A stretch of 64,000 bases of DNA. Origin: an uncultured virus (IMG/VR IMGVR_UViG_3300029825_000005). Taxonomy: Duplodnaviria > Heunggongvirae > Uroviricota > Caudoviricetes. Shown piece after piece: positions 16,713-27,519 of the stretch. How positions within the stretch are numbered: the stretch's first letter is position 1; each line of letters opens with the position of its first letter. The notes beneath the pieces were generated by a model that was not told the origin of the DNA, did not search any database, and saw only the letters and a program-made list of their open reading frames with translations. The stretch is from positions 1 to 64,000 of IMG/VR virus record IMGVR_UViG_3300029825_000005. The stretch is one strand, 5' to 3'. The position numbers and the translations under genes were made by a program.

Positions 16713-18591
16713 TCTGAAAATTGTCATTACCGCGCTGAATAAAGCCAGCGGCGACCTGAACAAGCTCAAGCAGGATATGACCGGCGTGAAAGATGCCGGT
16801 GCAGATAGTGGCGGGGTTGTCGAGGCTTTTGGTGGAAAAATTGAAGGCATGATGGGCAAGGCCGCTATGGCAGCGGGCATTGTGGCTGGCGTTGGTCTGG
16901 CTATGAAGCAGATATATGATATTGCCGCTGAAGCCGCCGAGCTTGATTATGCGGCCGCTCGCTTTGATAATCTTGCGGCTTCCATCGGTACAACTTCAGA
17001 TGCTTTGATGACAGACTTGAAGTCCGCGACTGATGGAATGATGAGCGATGCTGAACTGGTTGCCGGTGCTGCTGATTTTATGGCTTTGGGGCTTGCAAAA
17101 TCGCACGACGAGGTTGTAAGACTGACTTCGGTTGCGGGCGCACTGGGCATGAACATGAACCAGTTGGTGCTGACATTGACTAACCAGACCACCATGCGCT
17201 TTGATGCTTTGGGTGTGAGCGTGGACGGGTTTGATGCCAAAGTGAAGGCGTTGGAAGCAAGCGGCATGAGCGCAAGCGAGGCTTTTTCTGAAGCGTTTTT
17301 ACAGCAGGCAGAAGAGCAGATACTTAAAGTTGGAAGCGCGTCTGATTATGCGATTGGTGACGTGAAGCGTTTTGAATCCTCAATTCAGAACGTGGGTGAT
17401 GCTGCTAAGGGCGCATTGTTACCAGTTGCAACCGATGTTTTACCAAGACTCACAGCGGGCTTGAATAATCTGAATCGCACTCAACAATTCAAAGAAATGA
17501 GCGCGGCTTTTAAAGATTTTGGGATAAACATTGACGGGCTTACAGAACCTTATGAAAGGCTGTTTGGGCAATTCACGAAAGTTGATGATGGGTTACTCGG
17601 ACAAATGGATACTGTTAGTCAATGGGCGAACGTAACTTATGAATCTTTTGTCAAAGGTGGAATGGGTGCTGACGAGGCGAAAGAAAAAGTCGCCAACATG
17701 TATAACACTTTTGGTAATGCTGTTCTCGCTTCTGAAGATTGGGCTGATTCTAACTACGAAAGCATGGCAGCGGTAGACGCGCATAGTGAAGCTGTTGACG
17801 GGAATGCCGTTAGTATGCAATCCGTTACTGATGCTACCAATAACGCGGATGCGGCAATGCGCTCTTATTCAGAATCATTATTGTTCAAAATAGCGTCTGA
17901 AGGGTTGAGCGAAGAATCCGCTTATGACCTTGCAATCGCTATGGGGCTTGTCGATCAAAAAACAATCTCTGCGACAAAGCAGACGAATTTTTATCAGGAA
18001 TTATTAGGCGCGGGCATTATCACGCAAAGACAATATAACCTGCTTATTAAACAATTAGCCGAAGATTTAGAAAATACTCCAGAAAAAAAACCTATTAATG
18101 TTACAACCAACGTTGACGAAGTATTAGATGACCTCGATGATTTAGAAAATAGGAAATTCAAGCCAAAGGCGATGAATGTGGTGCTGGAAGTTGACGACAG
18201 CGCGGTTAGAAGTTGGAGCGCGCCAACCAAAACAGGCACGGTGCATTATGAAACAACAGGGGTGTTTCCTAAAGCCGTTGGCGGCGCGGTCTACGGGGGC
18301 AACCCTTACAGTTGGCAGGAATACGGATACAAAGGCGAGCTATTTGTCCCGTCCAGCGACGGCTTCATATTGAGCCGGGCGGATGCGGAGCGTGCCTTAT
18401 CGCGGGCGCTTACGGGCGGTGGAAGTGCACTTGACCCGGAGGCTATCGGCAAGGCGGTGGCGAAGGCATTGAGCGGTGTGACGAAGGATAACCAAAAAGG
18501 CGGCAACGTCTACAACCTAACCATGCCGACTTCGAGCAATCCGGCGGACGTGAGGGCAGCGTTTGAATTAATGGAGGCATGGGGAGCATAA
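16705..18591 (+). CDS. Tape measure protein
   Basis: 628 aa, Ala-rich and helical; directly after the chaperones. Confidence 0.85.
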   Translation: MADLKIVITALNKASGDLNKLKQDMTGVKDAGADSGGVVEAFGGKIEGMMGKAAMAAGIVAGVGLAMKQIYDIAAEAAELDYAAARFDNLAASIGTTSDALMTDLKSATDGMMSDAELVAGAADFMALGLAKSHDEVVRLTSVAGALGMNMNQLVLTLTNQTTMRFDALGVSVDGFDAKVKALEASGMSASEAFSEAFLQQAEEQILKVGSASDYAIGDVKRFESSIQNVGDAAKGALLPVATDVLPRLTAGLNNLNRTQQFKEMSAAFKDFGINIDGLTEPYERLFGQFTKVDDGLLGQMDTVSQWANVTYESFVKGGMGADEAKEKVANMYNTFGNAVLASEDWADSNYESMAAVDAHSEAVDGNAVSMQSVTDATNNADAAMRSYSESLLFKIASEGLSEESAYDLAIAMGLVDQKTISATKQTNFYQELLGAGIITQRQYNLLIKQLAEDLENTPEKKPINVTTNVDEVLDDLDDLENRKFKPKAMNVVLEVDDSAVRSWSAPTKTGTVHYETTGVFPKAVGGAVYGGNPYSWQEYGYKGELFVPSSDGFILSRADAERALSRALTGGGSALDPEAIGKAVAKALSGVTKDNQKGGNVYNLTMPTSSNPADVRAAFELMEAWGA

Positions 18592-21128
18592 TGACAGCAC
18601 CTGTATTATCACAAAAGAAGTTCTGGATCGTGAATCCGAAAGCGGCGACGAACCAGATCAAGAATCCAACTTTTGCGCACCCAGAATTTGAAAAGGACTG
18701 GACGGCAATAGGCGCGGGCGTGACAATCGCTGAAACAGGGAGCGAGCAGAGGTGGGGCGCGTACTCCATGAAAGTCAATCCGGCAAATAACACAAGCTCC
18801 GGCGCTTATCACGGCGGGCTGACGGTAGAAAACGGTCTCGACTATACCTTCTCGTGCTACGTCAAGGGAGTGGCAGGACAAACAATGAGCTTGGCGGTCG
18901 ATAAAGGCATTACGCCGGACTTATTCACAAAAACCTTCACAGCCAGTGGGTACTGGCAGCGAGTGGAATTGACCTTCACCCCGGTCGATACGTCAGCAAC
19001 TTACCGAGCAAAAGTGCTGAGGGACGCGGTTGCGTCGACAGCGGCGTTCTATGTGGACGGCTGCCAGTTCGAGCAGGATTCAAAAGCAAGCACCTTCTTT
19101 GATGGTTATAGTCCCGGTTGCCGTTGGACTGGCATTCAGCGCAACAGCCCGTCTGAGAGATCGGCTAACACTGGGTTGGGCGGCGAGTTGGTAGACCTTG
19201 AGGATTACTGTCACGTTGTGCAAGCGATTGGGCTGGGTCACGGTGACTGGAATCAGATACTCACAAAAATGACGGCGGGCGGCGATATGTACCAGACGCA
19301 CATCCGCAAGTCGCGCCAATTCTCGATTATTGTAGACTTCATAGGCAGTACGCTGGGCGAGATCGAAGCAAAGCGTGACGCGCTTATTAATATATTGAGA
19401 CCTGATTTATTGAGCAACCTGCCTGTCACGGAGCAGTTCGGCGTCAACATGCCAAGTACGTACAGAGGGCATGAGCAAAGGATTATCCGCTACCAGGGCG
19501 TGGATGAGAACGGAGCGGAAGCAACCAACCCGATTGACATTATCTGCATTCCATTGCCGGCGACCTTGACCGATACGCCCGACCTACCAACGCACCAACG
19601 GGCGGTGCTCAACTTCACGATTCCGTCGGGCTTGCTCCAGGGCGCATACAATGAGGGCAGAGAACTCGACCTTTATGCAGAATTCCCTGCCGAGTTTATC
19701 GTGAAAAGAGACCCGCAGGGCAACTGGTGCAAGTGGACTGGGAGCGCATATGCCAGCCTGATTACGGGGCTGAATGGGAATGTCTATTGTATGGCTGAAG
19801 GGCCTGACGGCAAGATTTATGTCGGAGGCGCGTTCACTGATGCTGGCGGGACAACGGACGCGGATTACTTGGCGCGGTGGAATCCAATTACTGAGGCATG
19901 GGAAGCGGTGATTGCGGGGATTGACGGGATTGTTAATTGCATGGCGTTTGACGCAAATGGTGATTTATACATCGGCGGTAGCTTTAAAGACTTAGGCAGT
20001 GCAGATGGTGATTACATTGCAAAAATTGACATAGCAAACGGCACCGCGTCTGCACTTGGAACTGGATTGAATAACGTCTGCAGAACAATTGCAATTGATA
20101 CGGGTGGGATTGTCTATGCTGGCGGCGTGTTTTATCTTGCTGGTGGAGTCTCAAACACAGCGAGAATTGCTAAGTGGAATGGCAATACTTGGAGTGCGTT
20201 ATCCACAGGGCTTAACCAACCTGTAAATGCGCTTACTTTTGCGCCGAATGGTGTTTTGTATATTGGTGGTGAATTTACCAATGCAGATGGAACTTACGGG
20301 GATTATCTATGCTATTGGAATGGCACGACATTCAATAGGATTGGATCTGTTGAGTTAGTTAGCTACGTTCATTCGCTCGCCTTCGGTGCAACAGGCAAGC
20401 TATATGTCGGCGGAAGTTTCTGGGACGCTGGTGATATTCCAGCCGCCGACAGAATTGCGGTCTGGAACGGATTGAAGTGGGAACCGTTAGGAGTGGGGGC
20501 TAACAGTGCAGTGTATGAGGTTTGTGTAAATTCAGGTAAAGTCTATGCCGGTGGCGCATTTACTACCATCGGTGGTTTGACACTAACAGACCGCGTGGCG
20601 GTTTGGTCTAATGGCGCTTGGCAACCGATTGATATTGACCTGCCGGGTACGGCTAATATCCATTCCGTCCTACCCGCTTCAGACGGCTCACTCTACATCG
20701 GTGGGGCGTTCTCAACCGTAGGAGAAACACCTGACGAGAACGCTAAAACCGGCATAGTCGCGTTGAACTTTGATGTAGCTTCTGCAAGCGCAAACACCTA
20801 TCCAGTCATCAGCATAACAGGACCGGGCACGCTCAAATCAATCATCAATTACAGAACTGGTAAGTCGGTCATGTTTGACGGATTGACGCTTCAGGCTGGC
20901 GAGTGGGTTTCGTTCAACTTCGACCCGCTGCAATTGAGTTTCCGTAGCGGGTGGGCAGGTAGAGGCAACCTGATGCGCTACGTCATTGCTGGCTCTGACT
21001 ATGGTGATTTCTATGTGAGTCCGGGTGCTAATTATCTCTCAATATTTATGGATGGCACAGACGCAAACAGCAGCGCATCTATTACTTACGTTCCGAAGTT
21101 CTGGGGGCTTGACGGAGCGTTGCTATGA
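18591..21128 (+). CDS. Distal tail protein with carbohydrate-binding and beta-propeller insertions
   Basis: YTFSCYVK...WQRV...YVDGCQFE CBM-like segment; repeated LYIGG.F...A.WNG..W blades. Confidence 0.75.
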   Translation: MTAPVLSQKKFWIVNPKAATNQIKNPTFAHPEFEKDWTAIGAGVTIAETGSEQRWGAYSMKVNPANNTSSGAYHGGLTVENGLDYTFSCYVKGVAGQTMSLAVDKGITPDLFTKTFTASGYWQRVELTFTPVDTSATYRAKVLRDAVASTAAFYVDGCQFEQDSKASTFFDGYSPGCRWTGIQRNSPSERSANTGLGGELVDLEDYCHVVQAIGLGHGDWNQILTKMTAGGDMYQTHIRKSRQFSIIVDFIGSTLGEIEAKRDALINILRPDLLSNLPVTEQFGVNMPSTYRGHEQRIIRYQGVDENGAEATNPIDIICIPLPATLTDTPDLPTHQRAVLNFTIPSGLLQGAYNEGRELDLYAEFPAEFIVKRDPQGNWCKWTGSAYASLITGLNGNVYCMAEGPDGKIYVGGAFTDAGGTTDADYLARWNPITEAWEAVIAGIDGIVNCMAFDANGDLYIGGSFKDLGSADGDYIAKIDIANGTASALGTGLNNVCRTIAIDTGGIVYAGGVFYLAGGVSNTARIAKWNGNTWSALSTGLNQPVNALTFAPNGVLYIGGEFTNADGTYGDYLCYWNGTTFNRIGSVELVSYVHSLAFGATGKLYVGGSFWDAGDIPAADRIAVWNGLKWEPLGVGANSAVYEVCVNSGKVYAGGAFTTIGGLTLTDRVAVWSNGAWQPIDIDLPGTANIHSVLPASDGSLYIGGAFSTVGETPDENAKTGIVALNFDVASASANTYPVISITGPGTLKSIINYRTGKSVMFDGLTLQAGEWVSFNFDPLQLSFRSGWAGRGNLMRYVIAGSDYGDFYVSPGANYLSIFMDGTDANSSASITYVPKFWGLDGALL

Positions 21129-22222
21129 GATACGAAGCAGTCTGGTACACCCACGAAGGCATTAGAAAAGGCGTAATACAAGCGTTCAATAGCTTGGAGT
21201 ACGTCAAGACGCAGAACGCGATCGGGTCGTTGGTCATGAATATCCCACGCGGATTGATGCAGTACGATCAATTCAGCGTGGGCGACATCTTTGAGGTGTG
21301 GCGCGAGAAAGGCGGTGTGCTGGAATTGCAGAACGAGACCGCTTATTTCTTGCAGAATTGGGAGTTTTGGACGGACGGTGACGGGGCGGAGTACATCCGC
21401 TTGACCGCCTTTGACGCTAACTGGCTCTTGGATACGGCTATCGTGTGGCGTTATGCTGGCAGCACTTACGCCGACATGACCGACTATCCCGATGACATGA
21501 TGAAGGCTATCGTTGAAAATGAACTTGGCGCGAATTCCGGCGAGATAACCCGGATGAAGTTGACATGCGCCCCCGAATTACACGCCGGCGGCGACCAGAT
21601 CACAAAGGCATTCGCTTATCGCAACGTACTGACCGTCTTGCAAGAAATATGCGAAACAGCGCAAGAGAAAAACGGCGTTTGGCTCGGATTTGACGTGGTG
21701 AGGACAGCACCGGGCACATTTGAGTTTCGCACTTACACCGGACAGCGCGGACAGAATCATGGGCGGGCTTCTGGGGATCCACGCTTGGTCGGTAAGCAGT
21801 ACGGCAACTTGAGCCAAGCCACTTTCGGCACTTACCACGCCAATGAGCGCAATATGATACTTGTTGCCGGGCAGGGGGAAGGACCCGCTCGAATGCGAGA
21901 GGTTCGCGGAAACTGGTCCCGCATTCTGGCAAGCAAATGGAATCGCAGGGAGTACTTCAAGGACTCACGGGACGACTCAACCACCGCAGCACTTCAAGCC
22001 GACGGTGCCGCTGCACTTGAGGAGTACAAGCCTAAGCAGATGTTGACCGGCGCTTTGCACGACACGCCCGGTATGCAATACAACATCCATTATCAGTTCG
22101 GCGATGTGTTGAGCGCTGAAGCGTTTGGTTATTTCGTGGATTGTCACGTCAAGAGCGTGCGGGTAAGGGTAGATCAGGACGGGGGCGAACAGTTGGACAT
22201 CAAGTTGGAAGGCGAGTTATGA
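21125..22222 (+). CDS. Siphovirus tail hub (Gp37-like) protein
   Basis: VAGQGEG...RRE.F.D...Y..GD motifs; position. Confidence 0.7.
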   Translation: MRYEAVWYTHEGIRKGVIQAFNSLEYVKTQNAIGSLVMNIPRGLMQYDQFSVGDIFEVWREKGGVLELQNETAYFLQNWEFWTDGDGAEYIRLTAFDANWLLDTAIVWRYAGSTYADMTDYPDDMMKAIVENELGANSGEITRMKLTCAPELHAGGDQITKAFAYRNVLTVLQEICETAQEKNGVWLGFDVVRTAPGTFEFRTYTGQRGQNHGRASGDPRLVGKQYGNLSQATFGTYHANERNMILVAGQGEGPARMREVRGNWSRILASKWNRREYFKDSRDDSTTAALQADGAAALEEYKPKQMLTGALHDTPGMQYNIHYQFGDVLSAEAFGYFVDCHVKSVRVRVDQDGGEQLDIKLEGEL

Positions 22223-22719
22223 GCAACTTTGACGAAACGCTAATGAAAAGGCTGACGAAACTGGAGCGAGAAGTTGAGCGGTTGAGAGTGAAAGAGCGAC
22301 CGGCTGGCGGAAGCGGAGTGACCGACCACGGGGCGCTGACCGGATTGGACAGCACTGCGTTTTTGCAAACAAGTGCTTGGACAAGCTGGTCTCCGACACT
22401 CGCCGGCTGGTCAAGTACAACGTCGGTTGATTGTAAGTACTACAAGCTCGGGACGATTATGTTCTTTACCGCGCTCATATCAGGGACATCGAACAGTTCC
22501 TCAACCTCATTCACACTTCCAGAAACCAATGTAGGCTCGGAATATACAGGTGCTATGGGTCGGTGTGTGGATAATGGTAATGCTTTGACAACCGCAGGAC
22601 GCTTCTCTATCGGTCAAAACAGCAACGTCTGTAATGCCTATACAAACATGGCTTCCGGCGCCTGGACAGCCTCTGGCGCAAAAAGAATCAGTGTGTATGG
22701 TTGGATAGCTATTAATTAG
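22219..22719 (+). CDS. Short tail fibre/receptor-binding protein
   Basis: N-terminal coiled coil, VTDHGALTGL, WTSWSPT, FTLP. Confidence 0.6.
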   Translation: MSNFDETLMKRLTKLEREVERLRVKERPAGGSGVTDHGALTGLDSTAFLQTSAWTSWSPTLAGWSSTTSVDCKYYKLGTIMFFTALISGTSNSSSTSFTLPETNVGSEYTGAMGRCVDNGNALTTAGRFSIGQNSNVCNAYTNMASGAWTASGAKRISVYGWIAIN

Positions 22720-22726
22720 GAGCAAA

Positions 22727-24070
22727 ATGACACTACCATTTGGAATTGACATAAGCAAGTATCAAAACCCTGATCTTATTGATTACGACAAGATCGCCGA
22801 GCAGGTAGATTTTGTCATCATGCGGATTGGCTTTGGCTGGGCGAAAGACATCTATTTTGAGCGCCATTATCTGGAATTTACTCAGCGTGGCAAGCGCATC
22901 GGCGGCTACCACTTCCCGTTGAACACGCGCTTGCAGGAACAAGCCAACATGGTGAAACAGGCGCTGGGTGGCAAGCGAATTGAGGTGGGGCTGTGGGTGG
23001 ACGTTGAAGCCACATATCAGAGCAGGTCTGAGATCAATGCCTACATTCCGCTTTTGGAAAGCACGCTTGATACCGAGGTCGGCATCTACACCTCTTACTG
23101 GAAGTGGATTGAGGTGATGCAGAATGAAGCCCGCTGGGCATCAAGGCGATTGTGGGTTGCGAACTATGGCGTTTCCGTTCCGAGACTACCATCCCCGTGG
23201 AAGAAGTGGTGCGTGTGGCAATACTCGTCAACCGGACGGCTGAACGGATATTCCGGCAATCTCGACCTGGATTGGGCTAATGCAGAATGTCTGGACGCTA
23301 TTCCGGCAATTGGGGAAGAAGCGCCGCCTGAGCCGCCGGTCGAGAAGCTGTTTGACGCGCGCGTCACCACGACTCCGCCTAACCGCCTGAAGACGCGTTT
23401 TACCCCTGCTGGCTTGGAGCGCCCTGAAGCGGACTGGCTTCAATCTCAGGCGATCGTGCCGGTGTACGAGACGCACTCAACCGGCTGGTGGAGGGTCGCA
23501 CCGGAGGCTTGGTCTTCTGCCACGTGGATGCAGCGAGTTGACAACTTGCCGCTACCACCGCCCATGAGCGGCGATTACGCCTATTATGGACCTGTCTATA
23601 ACCAGAGGGATGTTCGCTGGAAAGACCATCCGCTCGGGACGCGTAGCACTATCGGCGCAAACGGCTGTTTGATGACTTGCGCGTCTATGGTCTGCAACTA
23701 TTTCGGGCACGCTTCTAACCCGCTTGCTTTGAATAATTGGCTCACGGATAATGAAGGCTATCTTGACGGCAACCTGTTTCTATGGGCGGCGATTGAGCGG
23801 CTCTACCCAGACATGAAATTTGACGGGTTCGTTTACTCGCCAACCACCGCGCAAATCAGGGCGGCAATTATAGCTGGCGTGCTACCCATCATGTACGTGG
23901 ACTTTGACGACTCAACGCCGCTGATTGAGATGCACTGGGTGCTGGGGATAGGCGTAACGGGGACGGACGTAATTATCGCCGACCCCTGGACTGGCACGAT
24001 CGGCAAGTTGAGCGAAATGTACCCGAAGCAGGTCATTCGTTACGGGTCTTATTCACGGAGGGCACTATGA
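22727..24070 (+). CDS. Endolysin: GH25 muramidase, SH3-like domain and C39-like peptidase
   Basis: GIDISKYQ, VDVE, WQYSSTG, DLD; later YNQRD..W, GCLMTC, HWVL, ADPW. Confidence 0.9.
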   Translation: MTLPFGIDISKYQNPDLIDYDKIAEQVDFVIMRIGFGWAKDIYFERHYLEFTQRGKRIGGYHFPLNTRLQEQANMVKQALGGKRIEVGLWVDVEATYQSRSEINAYIPLLESTLDTEVGIYTSYWKWIEVMQNEARWASRRLWVANYGVSVPRLPSPWKKWCVWQYSSTGRLNGYSGNLDLDWANAECLDAIPAIGEEAPPEPPVEKLFDARVTTTPPNRLKTRFTPAGLERPEADWLQSQAIVPVYETHSTGWWRVAPEAWSSATWMQRVDNLPLPPPMSGDYAYYGPVYNQRDVRWKDHPLGTRSTIGANGCLMTCASMVCNYFGHASNPLALNNWLTDNEGYLDGNLFLWAAIERLYPDMKFDGFVYSPTTAQIRAAIIAGVLPIMYVDFDDSTPLIEMHWVLGIGVTGTDVIIADPWTGTIGKLSEMYPKQVIRYGSYSRRAL

Positions 24071-24828
24071 CACCACCTATCACAGCATTAGGCTCACGCT
24101 ACGGCATACAGGGTGCGCTCGGCAGAAGCGTAAAGAGGGCGGCAAGCGGCATAACCGACCCGACTGACATCTCTGGCTGTTTGCTTTGGTACGACTTTTC
24201 TGACGCTAATTCTCTCTTTACAGACGATGGGGTCACCAACGTTTCATCTGACGGCGATTTGATTTATCGTATCAACGACAAAAGCGGGAATAGCAATCAC
24301 GGCAAACAGACAACAGAGGGCTATCGACCAGTATACAAAACTAATATTCAGAACTCAAAAAGTATTGCCAGATTCGCGTCAGATAACATTGACTTTACCA
24401 GCAGATTGACAACCATCAGAACCGCTTATTTTGTATTTTCGGATGCTGACACAGGAAACGATGCAAACCGATTTTTACTTGGCGATACAACTTATTCTTG
24501 GCACAGGGCGTACACATCCTCGGATGGCATTAGAAATTATTTTGATAGCACTTACAATTACGCGAGTGTTTATGTAAGAGAGGGCACGGTGCACAGAAAC
24601 GGAACCTCGGTGTCGCCAGTAGCAGATGCCCCTTTAGCCACAATTCACATTACGGCTGTAACTACAACAGGAAATCTGCCAGCGAATAAGTTTCAAGGGG
24701 ATGGGGCGACTACGGATAGATACTGGATTGGCGATGTGGCAGAGATAATTTTATACAGCGGGGCACACGATGATGCCACAAGGCAAATGGTAGAAAACTA
24801 TGCAAACTCAAAATGGAGTTTGTATTAA
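24067..24828 (+). CDS. LamG/concanavalin-like virion protein
   Basis: LWYDFSD, DKSGNSNH, WIGDVAEIILY, NYANSKW. Confidence 0.65.
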   Translation: MTPPITALGSRYGIQGALGRSVKRAASGITDPTDISGCLLWYDFSDANSLFTDDGVTNVSSDGDLIYRINDKSGNSNHGKQTTEGYRPVYKTNIQNSKSIARFASDNIDFTSRLTTIRTAYFVFSDADTGNDANRFLLGDTTYSWHRAYTSSDGIRNYFDSTYNYASVYVREGTVHRNGTSVSPVADAPLATIHITAVTTTGNLPANKFQGDGATTDRYWIGDVAEIILYSGAHDDATRQMVENYANSKWSLY

Positions 24829-24862
24829 TCAGTTTACAGGCAACGTACTTAGGAGGTGCTAA

Positions 24863-26806
24863 ATGCACGAAAATAGCGGTAATTCAGTAATCTATTACGC
24901 CCATTACACCGAAGGGGGCGTAAACAAAACAGGCTTGACTGTCACCATTACAGTCTATGAGGTCATTCGTGACGGCACGAAAACAAAGGTGGTTACCGAT
25001 GGTGCTTGCACAGAAATTGGTGACGGCTTGTACCGCTATTTGCTTGCGAGTGGCACGGTGGATGCCGCCGCCGAGTACGTTGCGGTTTTTCACACGGCGA
25101 CCGACACAGTAGACGCTCAGGATATTCCCGCAATGTGGGTCATTGACAGAGCTGGCACGGAAAAGCTGGACACGGGTATCACGCTTGCCGATGACGCAAT
25201 CACAGCCGCCTCACTCAAAGCGGATGCGGTGACTAAGATTCAAACAGGGCTGGCACTCGAAGCGACGCTCACGGCAATCAAGGGAGCAGGCTGGTCGACA
25301 CAAACTCTGTCGGAAATTGTCACGGCTATTTACAACGTAAATACACTAATAAATCAATTAAGGACACAGGATGACTATAACCTTAAGGATATATTAATTG
25401 CCATTGCCGGCATTCAAGCTGGCTCTGGGGCAACGGCTCAGGAAGTCTGGGAGTACGCAACTCGTGTGCTCACAGCAGGGACAAACCTTCCAACAGCTAA
25501 CGACATCTCAAACGCCGTTTGGACTAATGGCGATGTTTATGGTGCTGGTGAAAAGGGATTCCAATTAGAGACATTGTTTAATGATTTGATAAACGGTGGT
25601 CGCTTAGACTTGCTCGTTGATGCTATCAAAGCTAAGACTGACAACATTCCCGCAAGTCCTGCGGCAGTAGGCTCTGCAATGACATTGACCGCCGCTTACG
25701 ATAAGGCTAAGGATGATGTGCTAACTCCGCTGGGAGTTGTAGATGGAATTGTAGACGCAATCAAGGTACAAACCGATAAGATACCTGCTACTCCTGCATC
25801 GGCTGGTGAGTACACAGCCAACATCGGGGCGATAAAAGCGAAAACGGATAACTTGCCGCTATCTCCTGCATCGAGCGGAGAGTACACAAGCGCATTGACA
25901 GCTATTCAAAACGACCTCGACAATCCCAATCAATACAAAGCTGATGTAAGCGGTCTTGCTACAAGCGCAGAATTGGCACAAACGGAAGCGGATATTATCG
26001 CTGCAATGCCAGACGAAACAGTTATTCCAGATGGAATTGCATTAGAGGCAAGTGTACAAGCGATTAAAGCTAAGACAGATAATATCCCAGCTACCCCAGC
26101 TTCTGCTGGTGAATACACAAGTGCGCTAACCGCTATTCAGAATGACCTGGACAACCCTGACCAGTACAAGGCAGACGTGAGCGGATTGGCTACGACCACA
26201 GATATGTCAGATTTGAAAGACCGCATAGACGCAGTCGACACCATTGCGGATGCAATTCTGGAAGACACTGGCACTACTATCCCTGCTGCGCTGGCTACGA
26301 TTGCAGGTTATACAGATGGCATCGCTGGTGATGTCTGGAGTTATGCTAAGAGAACTTTGACGCATCCTTCGGTGTCTGCGGAAGAGCCAGAGGATTCTAA
26401 TACTCTGATACTTTATAGAGATGCTGACATAGCAATAGAGTTGACAGATTTGACAATTCCTGCAGGCGCTAAAAAGTATATATTCACAATCAAGGATAAC
26501 TTAGATGGTGGAGATGACCAGGCTGTACTACAGGCTTCTTATGCCATTGATGGCAGCGAAGTAGAAACTAACACGCTTGTCTACATCAACAGTGCCGTTC
26601 CACCAGCGCTTACAAACCCTGTTACATTTACGCTTACTGAAACTAATATCACAATTGACCTAACGGCTGAAGCAGCAGCTTTGCTTCCACGATATGAGCG
26701 TGGTTATTTGAATTGGGATTTGAAGCTGGTTACAGATGCAGCCGTAACGATTGTGCTACAAGGCTTAGCTCAGATAATCGGCACTTCAACCAGGGCTATT
26801 GAATAA
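24863..26806 (+). CDS. Repeat-rich fibre-like virion protein
   Basis: AIKAKTDNIPA-type repeats, duplicated EYTSALTAIQNDLDNP.QYKADVSGLAT, VW.Y..R.LT; AGGAGG upstream. Confidence 0.65.
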   Translation: MHENSGNSVIYYAHYTEGGVNKTGLTVTITVYEVIRDGTKTKVVTDGACTEIGDGLYRYLLASGTVDAAAEYVAVFHTATDTVDAQDIPAMWVIDRAGTEKLDTGITLADDAITAASLKADAVTKIQTGLALEATLTAIKGAGWSTQTLSEIVTAIYNVNTLINQLRTQDDYNLKDILIAIAGIQAGSGATAQEVWEYATRVLTAGTNLPTANDISNAVWTNGDVYGAGEKGFQLETLFNDLINGGRLDLLVDAIKAKTDNIPASPAAVGSAMTLTAAYDKAKDDVLTPLGVVDGIVDAIKVQTDKIPATPASAGEYTANIGAIKAKTDNLPLSPASSGEYTSALTAIQNDLDNPNQYKADVSGLATSAELAQTEADIIAAMPDETVIPDGIALEASVQAIKAKTDNIPATPASAGEYTSALTAIQNDLDNPDQYKADVSGLATTTDMSDLKDRIDAVDTIADAILEDTGTTIPAALATIAGYTDGIAGDVWSYAKRTLTHPSVSAEEPEDSNTLILYRDADIAIELTDLTIPAGAKKYIFTIKDNLDGGDDQAVLQASYAIDGSEVETNTLVYINSAVPPALTNPVTFTLTETNITIDLTAEAAALLPRYERGYLNWDLKLVTDAAVTIVLQGLAQIIGTSTRAIE

Positions 26807-26816
26807 GAGGTGTGAT

Positions 26817-27116
26817 ATGGAATTAGGATGGATGTATGAATTAGAAAAGTTAGTTATTGTAATTGTCGGTCTGCTAATGGCATATGCAGAATGGTCACAG
26901 GCAATCAAGTATCGGCGCAGTTGGGTAAAGTGGGGGCTTGGCGCAATGGGTATCTATTGGTCTATATATTATACCTATTCGCTTATACGAACCGTCTTTG
27001 ATGTGCCCTTCCCAGAGCATCGGATATTTGTTAGAGCAGGGATACTGCTAACTATATCACTTGTCACGTCTGGTGCTTTCCTAACGCTAAGAGAGTTGAA
27101 GAGGTTGCACAGATGA
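26817..27116 (+). CDS. Small membrane protein (3 TM)
   Basis: Hydrophobic segments; GAGGTG upstream of ATG. Confidence 0.6.
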   Translation: MELGWMYELEKLVIVIVGLLMAYAEWSQAIKYRRSWVKWGLGAMGIYWSIYYTYSLIRTVFDVPFPEHRIFVRAGILLTISLVTSGAFLTLRELKRLHR

Positions 27117-27496
27117 TTGATACAATTATGCAGGGTATCACAATAGCAGTATCATTAACTGCTCTATTCTTTTCTATAAAAAAACAGGGGCACGAGACAT
27201 CCTTGATAGATGAAACTGCAGCCAAGACTGCTTCTGAGGGGGATAAGATTGATGCCGATACAATCAAGACTTTATATGGTCTGGTGAATGAACAGCAATT
27301 AGTTTACAAAACTTATAAAGAAGAACAGGAAGCCTGCTATGCCCAGCTCAAAAAAGAATTTGAGCTGTACAAGAATGAGACCAGCGCTCAGATAGCAGAT
27401 GTGGTGCACGAGAATAAGAAGCTGCGTTCCTGGGCGAGACGATTATGTAAACAGCTGGAAGCAGCAGGCATTGTGCCTGAGCAATATGAAGTATAA
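27113..27496 (+). CDS. N-terminal TM plus coiled-coil protein
   Basis: Same architecture as 5959-6378. Confidence 0.6.
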   Translation: MIDTIMQGITIAVSLTALFFSIKKQGHETSLIDETAAKTASEGDKIDADTIKTLYGLVNEQQLVYKTYKEEQEACYAQLKKEFELYKNETSAQIADVVHENKKLRSWARRLCKQLEAAGIVPEQYEV

Positions 27497-27519
27497 TAAT
27501 AACTAAGGAGAATAAAACT

